Origin: Bacteroidota bacterium
Lineage (GTDB): Bacteria > Bacteroidota > Bacteroidia > Bacteroidales > VadinHA17
NCBI GenBank assembly: GCA_023430725.1
Contig: JAEYZD010000198.1
Span: forward strand, 1-52,077
Reading direction: 5' to 3'
DNA length: 52,077 nt
Shown here: one piece after another, positions 1 to 7,961 of the stretch
Numbering within the stretch: position 1 is the stretch's first letter
Layout of the letters: each line of letters begins with the position of its first letter
Translations under genes and position numbers: made by a program
Notes under the pieces: generated by a model
The model's database searches: none
The model's input: only the letters and a program-made list of their open reading frames with translations
What the model was told of the DNA's origin: nothing

Positions 1-1211
1 ATTACGCACTTGACCATAACCGGAGTGTTGCTTCAGCGAGGTATGATCTGCTTGCCTCGGAGAAAGGTGAATGGGAAGCTTTGGCTGCAGGACTTCCGTC
101 GATAGACGCAAATGCCTCGCTTAGTTACAACTTTATCATAATGACAAGGGTCATCGAGATCATGGGTGTACCCACACCGGTCAAGTTCGGTACCGACTAT
201 GACGCTGGTCTGGGCTTATCTGCATCTACAATCGTTTTCAACGCACCATGGCTTGTCGGCGTGGAGACGGCAAAGATGGCAACAACACTTGCCCGGCAGG
301 GACTGACACAGACAACACTCGAGACCAAAGAGAGCGTCAAAAATGTCTACTTCCTGATACTCACCCTCAAAGAGAGCCTCAATGTAGTTGATGCGAACCT
401 TGAAAACCTTAAATCAATCCTTGCTTCAACAAAAGCAATGTACAGTGTGGGCATGGCCGAGGCAACCGACGTTGACCAGATGTTATCGACAGTTACAGTG
501 CTGGAGAATTCGAGGTCGTCAATGCTCCGTTCGCTCGAGGTGAACTACAATATGCTCAGATTCCTGCTCGGTGTACCTGGTGAAACAACCATAGAGCTTA
601 CCGAGACCCTTGATGCAATCACCGGGAAGATTGATGTTGATGCCCTGATCACAGAGGAGTTCAGAATGGAGGACAATATTACCTACCAGCTCATTGAGAG
701 CCAGGTGACGATGTCTGAACTCGCGCTGAAAAGCGCAAAGGCATCAACCCTGCCCAGCCTCGCAGGATCTATATATTACAACAGGAACGGTATGGGAGAT
801 GAGCTGTTTCATACAAAGTATTATTCCTCATCCGCTGTCGCCGTGCAGCTTCAGATCCCCATTTTTGCGTCGGGACTGAGGGATGCCAAGATCAAGAAGG
901 CCAGAATCAATCTTGAGAAGGCCGGCAATTCAAAAGCGATGGTCTCCGAGCAGCTCTTGATGCAGGAGAGGCAGCTCAGGTATAACCTCCTGAATGCAAA
1001 TGAGCAGTTCAAGAGCCAGAGGGCCAACATTGAGATTGCCGGCCGGGTTCTGGAAAGCTACGAGAACAAATACAACCAGGGAATGGCTTCCAGCCTTGAC
1101 CTGACGCAGGCCAACAACAGCTATCTCACGGCCCAGAACAATTATATATCGGCCCTGATGAACCTGCTTCAGACAAAAGTGGCCTTTGACAAACTGATGA
1201 ACAAACTGTAA
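1..1211 (+). CDS. TolC-family outer membrane efflux protein (5' end lies outside the window)
   Basis: Frame 3 is open from base 3 with no stop before the track start at 81. The product has coiled-coil-rich TolC/OprM-like repeats (LDLTQANNSYLTAQNNYISALMNLLQTKV). It is followed by adaptor and RND pump genes, the usual Bacteroidota order. Confidence 0.85.
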   Translation, partial: YALDHNRSVASARYDLLASEKGEWEALAAGLPSIDANASLSYNFIIMTRVIEIMGVPTPVKFGTDYDAGLGLSASTIVFNAPWLVGVETAKMATTLARQGLTQTTLETKESVKNVYFLILTLKESLNVVDANLENLKSILASTKAMYSVGMAEATDVDQMLSTVTVLENSRSSMLRSLEVNYNMLRFLLGVPGETTIELTETLDAITGKIDVDALITEEFRMEDNITYQLIESQVTMSELALKSAKASTLPSLAGSIYYNRNGMGDELFHTKYYSSSAVAVQLQIPIFASGLRDAKIKKARINLEKAGNSKAMVSEQLLMQERQLRYNLLNANEQFKSQRANIEIAGRVLESYENKYNQGMASSLDLTQANNSYLTAQNNYISALMNLLQTKVAFDKLMNKL

Positions 1212-1238
1212 CAGAAAACAATAAAAAATTGGAATACT

Positions 1239-2291
1239 ATGAATCGCACAATTTTCACACTGATCCTCGCCGGCGGCATTCTGCTTGCATCATGTGCCCC
1301 GAAGGACAAAAAGGGCGGAGCCGCCGATGCAGCAACAGCCGACTCCGTCGCAGCAATTCCCGTTAAGGTGATGCCGGTGAGCAAGACCCTGATAGCCCGG
1401 ACAATCGATTACACATCTACAATAATGGCATATGAGGAGGTCAATCTCGCCCCTTCAACTCCGGGCAGGGTTGATAAGATATATGTTGAGGTTGGTGACA
1501 GGGTGCAGAAGGGGCAGAAGCTCTTCCTGATGGACCGCACCCAGTACTACGCCAACAAGATACAGCTGACCAGCCTCGAGAAGGACCTGGCCAGGCTTGA
1601 CACCCTGCTTAAGGTGGGAAGCGTTACGGAGCAGCTATATGACCAGACCAAAGCTCAGTATGAGGTGATGAAGACCAATGTCGAATTCATGGAGGAAAAC
1701 ACTCAGCTTGAAGCTCCTTTCTCAGGAATCATAACCGGCAAGTACCTCGAGGATGGAGAACTCTATTCAGGTGCCCCTGGCATGTCCGGCAAGTCAGCAG
1801 TTGTAACACTCATGCAGATCAACCCGGTGAAGATCATCATCAGCATCTCCGAACAGTATTTTCCGCTCATTAAAAACGGCATGAAAGTACGAGTGGGAGC
1901 TGATGTTTACCCGGATAAAAGCTTTGACGGAACAATCTTCAGGGTGCATCCTACAATTGATGCCATGTCACGCTCATTCCGCGCCGAAGTACGCATAAGC
2001 AACGGCAGTGAACTGCTTCGCCCCGGCATGTTCGCCAGGGCATTCATCGACATGGGTCAGGAGGAGGCATTCGTGGTTCCAGCCAGCGCAGTCATGATGC
2101 AGGAAGGAACCAATGAACGATACATCTTCGTCGTTGAAAACGGAATCGCGATCAGAAAACCTGTTATCCTCGGACAGAGGTTTGACGACCGTTTCGAGAT
2201 CGCCGGCGGAGACCTGAAGGAGGGTGACAGTCTCATCACGGAGGGTCAGGCACGCCTCAACAACGGCCAGAAGGTCGAGATATCGAAATAA
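1239..2291 (+). CDS. Efflux RND periplasmic adaptor (membrane fusion protein, HlyD family), lipoprotein
   Basis: 350 aa with a lipoprotein signal (LLASC). Lipoyl-like, hairpin and beta-barrel segments are typical of MFPs (APFSGIITGKYLEDGE). It sits between the TolC and RND genes. Confidence 0.9.
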   Translation: MNRTIFTLILAGGILLASCAPKDKKGGAADAATADSVAAIPVKVMPVSKTLIARTIDYTSTIMAYEEVNLAPSTPGRVDKIYVEVGDRVQKGQKLFLMDRTQYYANKIQLTSLEKDLARLDTLLKVGSVTEQLYDQTKAQYEVMKTNVEFMEENTQLEAPFSGIITGKYLEDGELYSGAPGMSGKSAVVTLMQINPVKIIISISEQYFPLIKNGMKVRVGADVYPDKSFDGTIFRVHPTIDAMSRSFRAEVRISNGSELLRPGMFARAFIDMGQEEAFVVPASAVMMQEGTNERYIFVVENGIAIRKPVILGQRFDDRFEIAGGDLKEGDSLITEGQARLNNGQKVEISK

Positions 2292-2317
2292 TGATTAACA
2301 AGAGATAATCCTGTATT

Positions 2318-5300
2318 ATGAGCATATATGCCAGTGCAGTAAAAAAGCCCGTGACCACTATCCTGATCTTCGTGATCACGATGATCATGGGGCTTTATTC
2401 CCTGACGCAGCTGCCAATCGACCTCTATCCTGAGATCGAGTTCCCCTTCCTGTCTGTTTACACGACATACCCCGGAGCCAGTGCGGCGGATATAGAAACC
2501 AATATTACCCGTCCCCTGGAGGACGCCCTGAACTCGGTCTCCGGACTTAAGGAGATGACATCCACATCGAGCGACAACGTATCTATCATCTTCATGGAAT
2601 TTGAATATGAGACGAACCTCGATGAAGCGTCAAATGACGTCCGAAGCTCTCTTGCCTTTATTCAGAGCTTCCTTCCCGAAGACGCTGAAGACCCCACAAT
2701 CTTCAAGTTCAACTCAAGCATGATGCCCGTCATCTTCTACGCCATCACGGCAGAGGAGAGCTACAAGGGGCTGGAGAAGATACTTGACGAGAAGCTGGTG
2801 AACCCGCTGAACCGTATCGACGGTGTCGGGAACGTAGGCCTTTCAGGCGTTCCCGGAAGAGAGATCTATGTAGAGGTTGACCCGCGGCGCATGGAGGCTT
2901 ACAACCTTACCATCGAACAGGTGGGTAACGTACTCAGGGCTGAGAATATGAATATGCCCGCCGGCTACCTCGAGATGGGCAAGATGGACTACCCGATAAG
3001 GATACAGGGTGAGTTCGCGGAGAGCGATATGATTGCAAACGTCATCGTCGGTAATTATAACGGCAATAACGTCTTCCTGCGTGACATCGCCACAGTCAAT
3101 GATACAATCAGGGAGACCAAGCTGGTCTCCAAGATAGACGGCAGCCAGGGAATGACTCTGTTTGTGCAGAAGATGTCAGGCGCAAACAGCGTCCAGATAT
3201 GCCGCGAGGTTGACGCCGAGATACAGAAGTTGCAGAAGAGCCTTCCGCCGGATATCCGGATAGAGAAGATCATGGACACCTCGGAATTCATCCAGGGCTC
3301 CATCAACAACCTGACTGAGACGCTGATGTATGCAGCGCTCTTCGTGGTGCTTGTGGTGCTCTTCTTCCTCGGCAGGTGGCGTGCAACGCTGATTATCATC
3401 CTTACAATCCCCATCTCGCTGCTTGTAGCCTTCGTTTACATCTTCCTCACGGGAAGCTCAATAAACATCATTTCGCTGTCGTCACTCTCGATAGCGATAG
3501 GGATGGTGGTTGACGACGCAATTGTGGTACTTGAGAACATCACGAAGCACATCGAACGTGGCAGCCGGCCGAGGGAGGCAGCCATCTATGCAACCAATGA
3601 GGTGTGGCTGGCGGTAATTGTCACCACCCTCACCGTTGTGGCAGTGTTCCTGCCGCTGACTTTCGTTAAGGGACTGACCGGTGTGCTCTTTGCACAGCTG
3701 GGATGGATCGTCTCCATCACAATTATAATGTCCACCATTGCCGCTCTCACCCTGACTCCAACACTCAGCGCAATGCTGCTCAGACTGAGACCGATCAAAA
3801 AGGATGCTTCCTTCTGGAGCTGGGACGGTTCCGTCCATAAGTTCCTGGAATGGATTGACGGCTTCTATGTTAAGACACTGTCATGGGTATTGCATCACAA
3901 GCGCTTCGTAGCCATAGGGGCCCTGGCGGTCTTTATCGGTTCAATGATGCTGTTTAAATTCATCGGTACCGAATTCATGCCTGCTGCTGACGAATCGCAG
4001 GTAACGGCAACCGTGGAACTGCAGACCGGTACCAGGGTGGAAGAGACTGAGAAGGTTGCAGACAGGATCGATTCGCTTGTCAGAAAGCAGATCCCTGAGG
4101 TTAAGCTCATCTCATTGTCCGCGGGCACGGATGACAGCGGCGGTTTCACCGCACTATTCGGGCAGAGCGGGACTCACGTCGTGACATTCACAATAGCTCT
4201 TGTTGATGTTGAAGACAGAAACAGGTCATCAGAGGAAGTTGCCGAAGTTGTAAGGGGGATCATTGCCCCGATGCCGGAGGTGATTAATTACTCGGTGCTG
4301 TCCCAGTCAGGCGGCATGGGCGCTATGGGCGGAGGCAACACTGTAAACATCGAGATATACGGTTTCGATATCACCCAGACAAACCTCCTTGCTGAACAGC
4401 TTGCCGAGAGGGTCAGAAAGATCGAGGGTGCCGCAAACGTGGATATCAGCCGCGACAAGTCGAAACCGGAACTGCAGATTCTCCTTGACCAGGACAAGCT
4501 GCTGAGGTACGGGCTGACAACGGCACAGGTTTCTTCGGCGATACGTAACCGTGTTGACGGCCTGACCGCCACGCGACTCAGGCAGTACGGTGATGAATAT
4601 GATGTCATTGTCAGGTACAAGGAGTCGGCACGCAACTCAATCACCGAGCTCCAGAATATTGCCGTGGCGCTTCCCACCGGCCAGGTAATCAGGCTGGGCG
4701 AGATAGCCACCGTCAAGGAATACTGGTCACCTCCAAACATTGAGAGAAAACGGAAGGAACGCGTTGTGACCGTCTCGGTGACACCGTATAAAAGGGCTCT
4801 TAACCTTATTGTTGAGGATATCCAGAAGGAGCTTGATGCCCTGACGATACCCTCAGGGGTGATGGTCGAGATCTCCGGTGCCTTCGAGGACATGTCCGAA
4901 TCATTCATGGATATCGGTCTGCTGATGCTGATCTCCCTGATCCTGGTCTACCTCGTAATGGCATCACAGTTTGAATCGCTGAAGATGCCCGTGATCATCA
5001 TGCTCTCGATCCCTTTTGCCTTCTCAGGTGTTGCAATTGCACTCTTCCTCACGGGCACAAACCTCAGCCTCATTGCTGCAATCGGCGCAATAATGCTGAT
5101 CGGTATCGTGGTAAAGAATGCCATCGTGCTGGTGGACTTCATCAACCTCACACGTGACCGGGGAGTGGAACTCTACCAGGCAGTTCTCGATTCGGGACGT
5201 TCAAGGCTAAGGCCTGTGCTCATGACCTCGATGACAACCATTCTTGCTATGCTCCCGCTGGCCATCAACCCGGGCGAAGGCTCCGAGCTGTGGCAGCCGA

Positions 5301-5479
5301 TGGGTATCGCGGTCATTGGCGGCCTGGTCTTCTCAACCATCGTGACGATGGTGCTTGTCCCCGTTGGTTATGTGATTATCGCCCGCCACGGTGAGAGGGA
5401 CAAAAAGCATAAGGTTGCATTCAGGGACATGAAGTTCCTCGATGAGATTAAGGAAAACCATGAAAACGGAAAGTCATGA
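2318..5479 (+). CDS. Efflux RND transporter permease (AcrB-like, HAE-type)
   Basis: 1053 aa. The N-terminus KKPVTTILIFVITMIMGLYSLTQLPIDLYPEIEFP and two 6-TM bundles with large periplasmic loops are typical of Bacteroidota RND pumps. Confidence 0.95.
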   Translation: MSIYASAVKKPVTTILIFVITMIMGLYSLTQLPIDLYPEIEFPFLSVYTTYPGASAADIETNITRPLEDALNSVSGLKEMTSTSSDNVSIIFMEFEYETNLDEASNDVRSSLAFIQSFLPEDAEDPTIFKFNSSMMPVIFYAITAEESYKGLEKILDEKLVNPLNRIDGVGNVGLSGVPGREIYVEVDPRRMEAYNLTIEQVGNVLRAENMNMPAGYLEMGKMDYPIRIQGEFAESDMIANVIVGNYNGNNVFLRDIATVNDTIRETKLVSKIDGSQGMTLFVQKMSGANSVQICREVDAEIQKLQKSLPPDIRIEKIMDTSEFIQGSINNLTETLMYAALFVVLVVLFFLGRWRATLIIILTIPISLLVAFVYIFLTGSSINIISLSSLSIAIGMVVDDAIVVLENITKHIERGSRPREAAIYATNEVWLAVIVTTLTVVAVFLPLTFVKGLTGVLFAQLGWIVSITIIMSTIAALTLTPTLSAMLLRLRPIKKDASFWSWDGSVHKFLEWIDGFYVKTLSWVLHHKRFVAIGALAVFIGSMMLFKFIGTEFMPAADESQVTATVELQTGTRVEETEKVADRIDSLVRKQIPEVKLISLSAGTDDSGGFTALFGQSGTHVVTFTIALVDVEDRNRSSEEVAEVVRGIIAPMPEVINYSVLSQSGGMGAMGGGNTVNIEIYGFDITQTNLLAEQLAERVRKIEGAANVDISRDKSKPELQILLDQDKLLRYGLTTAQVSSAIRNRVDGLTATRLRQYGDEYDVIVRYKESARNSITELQNIAVALPTGQVIRLGEIATVKEYWSPPNIERKRKERVVTVSVTPYKRALNLIVEDIQKELDALTIPSGVMVEISGAFEDMSESFMDIGLLMLISLILVYLVMASQFESLKMPVIIMLSIPFAFSGVAIALFLTGTNLSLIAAIGAIMLIGIVVKNAIVLVDFINLTRDRGVELYQAVLDSGRSRLRPVLMTSMTTILAMLPLAINPGEGSELWQPMGIAVIGGLVFSTIVTMVLVPVGYVIIARHGERDKKHKVAFRDMKFLDEIKENHENGKS

Positions 5480-5769
5480 AAGCAGTAATGATAATTTACA
5501 ACCTCGCCCTCACTGAGAAGGTGGAGTATACGCTGGAACATTTTGGCATCAGGGGTTATACCCAGTGGGACAATGTTGAAGGGGTAGGCTCATTCACGGG
5601 TGTGCCTCACCTGGGCACCCACACATGGCCTGAGATCAACGGTGTGACCCTCACCTTCGTGGAGGAGGATAAGGTCGCCCCGCTGCTTGAGGCAGTGAAA
5701 CGGATCGATGCCATCAACACTGATGTTGGCATCAGGGCCTTTGTCTGGGCAATAGAACAGGCGGTCTGA
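5476..5769 (+). CDS. Small P-II-like transporter-associated protein (resembles the PG0541-type family, from memory)
   Basis: 97 aa. The ATG overlaps the RND stop as ATGA (5476-5479). The sequence has a beta-alpha-beta pattern and no TM segment. The family assignment is recollection, not a search result. Confidence 0.6.
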   Translation: MKAVMIIYNLALTEKVEYTLEHFGIRGYTQWDNVEGVGSFTGVPHLGTHTWPEINGVTLTFVEEDKVAPLLEAVKRIDAINTDVGIRAFVWAIEQAV

Positions 5770-5791
5770 TTCCCCTGCAATATGAAAGTGC

Positions 5792-5820
5792 AACGACGCT
5801 CCCGACTGTGGGGCGTCGTT
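5792..5820 (+). terminator. Hairpin after the P-II-like gene
   Basis: AACGACGC (5792-5799) pairs with GCGTCGTT (5813-5820), a perfect 8 bp stem extendable by G-U and C-G pairs. There is no clear T tract. It lies 23 nt after the stop at 5769 and overlaps the track's GTG start at 5808. Confidence 0.4.
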
Positions 5821-5834
5821 GCTGTATTATGTCA

Positions 5835-5865
5835 TTTGCCTTTTTCACCGGAAATGATATATTTG
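5835..5865 (+). promoter_or_regulatory. Bacteroidota-type promoter (-33 TTTG, -7 TATATTTG)
   Basis: TTTG at 5835-5838 and TATATTTG at 5858-5865 are separated by a 19-nt spacer. TGa lies immediately upstream of the -7 box. The box ends 23 nt before the ATG at 5889. Confidence 0.55.
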
Positions 5866-5888
5866 ACAGGTACCCTAACTCCTCCAAA

Positions 5889-7808
5889 ATGAAGAAACAA
5901 AACTGGTACAAACTGATCTATCAGTTTACCATCATCGGGATACTCGTTTTCATGGTATTCCGCCTCCTGATTGACAGGGCATATGCACCTGATTTCGAAG
6001 CCTACTGCCCCTTCGGCGGACTGCAGGCGCTGGGCAGCTACATGACTATGGACTCCCTGTCCTGCTCAATGACCAGCACACAGATCATGATGGGAGTGGC
6101 GCTTTTCATCGGCATCGTCCTCTTCTCTCGGCTCTTCTGCGGATACATCTGCCCGCTGGGAACGATAGGGGAGTGGATAGGGAAGCTGGGCGACAAACTG
6201 AAAGTGAGAATCACTCTCACGGGGATTGCCGACAAGGCCCTCCGGCTGCTCAAGTACGCGCTGCTATTCATAACCTTCTACTTCACCCTGAAGTCAAGCG
6301 AGCTGTTCTGTAAAAAGTTCGATCCATACTATGCGGCTGTTTCCGGATTCGATTCGGATGTTCAGCTCTGGTGGGCCCTGATAGCCATCGGAGCACTGCT
6401 GCTCGGATCACTCTTCTTCAGACTCTTCTGGTGCCGCTACCTCTGCCCTCTGGGCGCACTCTCGGCCATATTCAAATATTCATGGTGGTTCCTTGGTGCA
6501 ATGGCGGTATATGTGGTGCTGCTCCTCCTCGGACTGAATATATCATATGTATGGCCCCTGCTTATAATCACCGCCGGAGGCTATATTCTCGAGATTGCAC
6601 GCATGGACAGGGTTCGTCCTGACCCGGTACATATTACAAGGAACACTGATACCTGTACATCATGCGGACTATGCACGATATCATGCCCGCAGGCAATTGA
6701 TGTTGCGTCAATGGAGAAGGTTACACATGCCGACTGCACCCTGTGCGGCGACTGTCTCCATGCCTGTCCCGAAAAGGATACGCTGCAGATCAACAAACGT
6801 AATATGAAATGGCTCCCGGCAACGGTGCTTGGCGCTCTCATCATTCTTGGTATTACGGCAGGAACACTCTTTGAGCTGCCGACAATCAGCCAGAGATGGG
6901 GAACCGAAGAGCAGCTTGAGAGTGCCGGGATGTTTGAAATGTCAGGTCTGAAAAACATCAAGTGCTTCGGAAGCTCCACTGCCTTTGCAAACCAGATGAG
7001 AGGAGTGCAGGGGATCTATGGCGTTTCGACATATGTGGCCACCCACTCGGTGCATATACTGTATGATACAGCCATGTATGACAATGAGAAGATTCAGCAG
7101 CTGCTGTTCGTGCCGGTAAAAAGGGTGATTGAAGAGTTACCCGCAGATGCGGATCAGGTTGTCTGTTACACGATGACAATCGATAAGTTCTTTGATCCTC
7201 TCGATGCAACTTACCTTCAGTACCTGCTTGAACAGAAGACGGATGCAATTGGTTACCAGAGCGATTTTGCATGCCCTGTGATTGTCCGTATCTATTTCCC
7301 GGCAGGGAAGGAGCCTGACAGGGCTGCGCTGACTGAAGCCATAGAGTCGAAGAATCTGCGATTCACGGTCAATGATAACGAGTTCAATGTGAAGCTCCCC
7401 TACAAGGTGATAACATTTGAGGAGACTGCCGGCACTCTTTCACGCGAGGATTATATTAGGGAGATGTTCATGCCCACGCAGTCATATTTCAATGAATACC
7501 AGAATTATACTCCGGATGTACTGAAAGGTATGACTGTGAAGCTGGGTGAGAATGCGAAACTGAAGCAGCGTTACAGCTTCCTGATCAGTCATCTGTCCAA
7601 CGACAGCGGCATTGTGGCATTCGAGACATCGATTGATGACGCCGGTGCAGAGATGCTGACTGTCAGCTATGTTGACACCCTGACTGCTCCTGACAGGATC
7701 ATCGGGGCCCTCACTGCTGACAGCCTGCTGCTGCATTACGCTGACGGCAGCACTGGTATGGTACCAAATCCGTTCCGGTTTGTGCCGGCGGACACGGTGC
7801 CCCATTGA
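5889..7808 (+). CDS. Polytopic 4Fe-4S-binding membrane protein (NapH/polyferredoxin-like) with C-terminal HMA-like repeats
   Basis: Membrane Cys motifs CPFGG, CGYICPLG and CRYLCPLG. Two ferredoxin motifs, CTSCGLCTISCP and CTLCGDCLHACP. The C-terminal ~290 aa resemble ferredoxin-fold HMA domains without CxxC. The start was moved from GTG 5808 to ATG 5889 (MKKQNWYKL) because of the hairpin and promoter upstream. Confidence 0.75.
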   Translation: MKKQNWYKLIYQFTIIGILVFMVFRLLIDRAYAPDFEAYCPFGGLQALGSYMTMDSLSCSMTSTQIMMGVALFIGIVLFSRLFCGYICPLGTIGEWIGKLGDKLKVRITLTGIADKALRLLKYALLFITFYFTLKSSELFCKKFDPYYAAVSGFDSDVQLWWALIAIGALLLGSLFFRLFWCRYLCPLGALSAIFKYSWWFLGAMAVYVVLLLLGLNISYVWPLLIITAGGYILEIARMDRVRPDPVHITRNTDTCTSCGLCTISCPQAIDVASMEKVTHADCTLCGDCLHACPEKDTLQINKRNMKWLPATVLGALIILGITAGTLFELPTISQRWGTEEQLESAGMFEMSGLKNIKCFGSSTAFANQMRGVQGIYGVSTYVATHSVHILYDTAMYDNEKIQQLLFVPVKRVIEELPADADQVVCYTMTIDKFFDPLDATYLQYLLEQKTDAIGYQSDFACPVIVRIYFPAGKEPDRAALTEAIESKNLRFTVNDNEFNVKLPYKVITFEETAGTLSREDYIREMFMPTQSYFNEYQNYTPDVLKGMTVKLGENAKLKQRYSFLISHLSNDSGIVAFETSIDDAGAEMLTVSYVDTLTAPDRIIGALTADSLLLHYADGSTGMVPNPFRFVPADTVPH

Positions 7809-7835
7809 TGCAGAAAACTGCCATGCGTGCAGGCA

Positions 7836-7858
7836 GCGCCAGGTCTTAGACCTGCCGT
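7836..7858. repeat. Palindromic REP-like element, copy A (degenerate)
   Basis: GCGCCAGGTCT-T-AGACCTGCCGT. It has the AGGTCT/AGACCT core with one stem mismatch. It lies 28 nt after the stop of the plus-strand gene at 7808. Confidence 0.6.
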
Positions 7859-7898
7859 CACGAGGAATGATCCAATAATCCGGATGACATAAAAAGCA

Positions 7899-7927
7899 GT
7901 AGCGCCAGGTCTCAGACCTGGCGCTAC
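7899..7927. repeat. Palindromic REP-like element, copy B; probable intrinsic terminator of the EF-G paralogue
   Basis: GTAGCGCCAGGTCT-C-AGACCTGGCGCTAC, with perfect 14-nt arms. On the minus strand it is followed by TGCTTTTTAT (U tract), 35 nt after the stop at 7962. Confidence 0.7.
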
Positions 7928-7961
7928 GTTCCTGTTATACAGATTATTGGATCTGTATTGA

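Noticed and set aside
4288-4908. Long antisense ORFs inside well-supported genes. Examples: 4288-4908(-) in the RND pump, 11394-11906(-) and 12428-12898(-) in fusA, 23219-23770(-) in secY, 29777-30382(-) and 30912-31412(-) in the UbiD-family gene, 46136-46699(+) in gldE.
   Set aside because: Each lies entirely opposite a gene with strong family-level sequence signatures. Their products are low-complexity (Ser/Arg/Pro/Ala-rich) with no recognisable motifs. Such shadow ORFs are expected from the codon bias of the real genes.
5808-5888. Upstream-extended starts in the ORF track: 5808 (GTG), 29649, 34114, 42368, 44980, 38323, 24155 and 48694.
   Set aside because: In each case the extension overlaps a terminator hairpin, a candidate -7 promoter box or the preceding gene. 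A downstream start also gives a clean signal peptide or the family-typical N-terminus. Shorter starts were used. The exact starts remain unverified.
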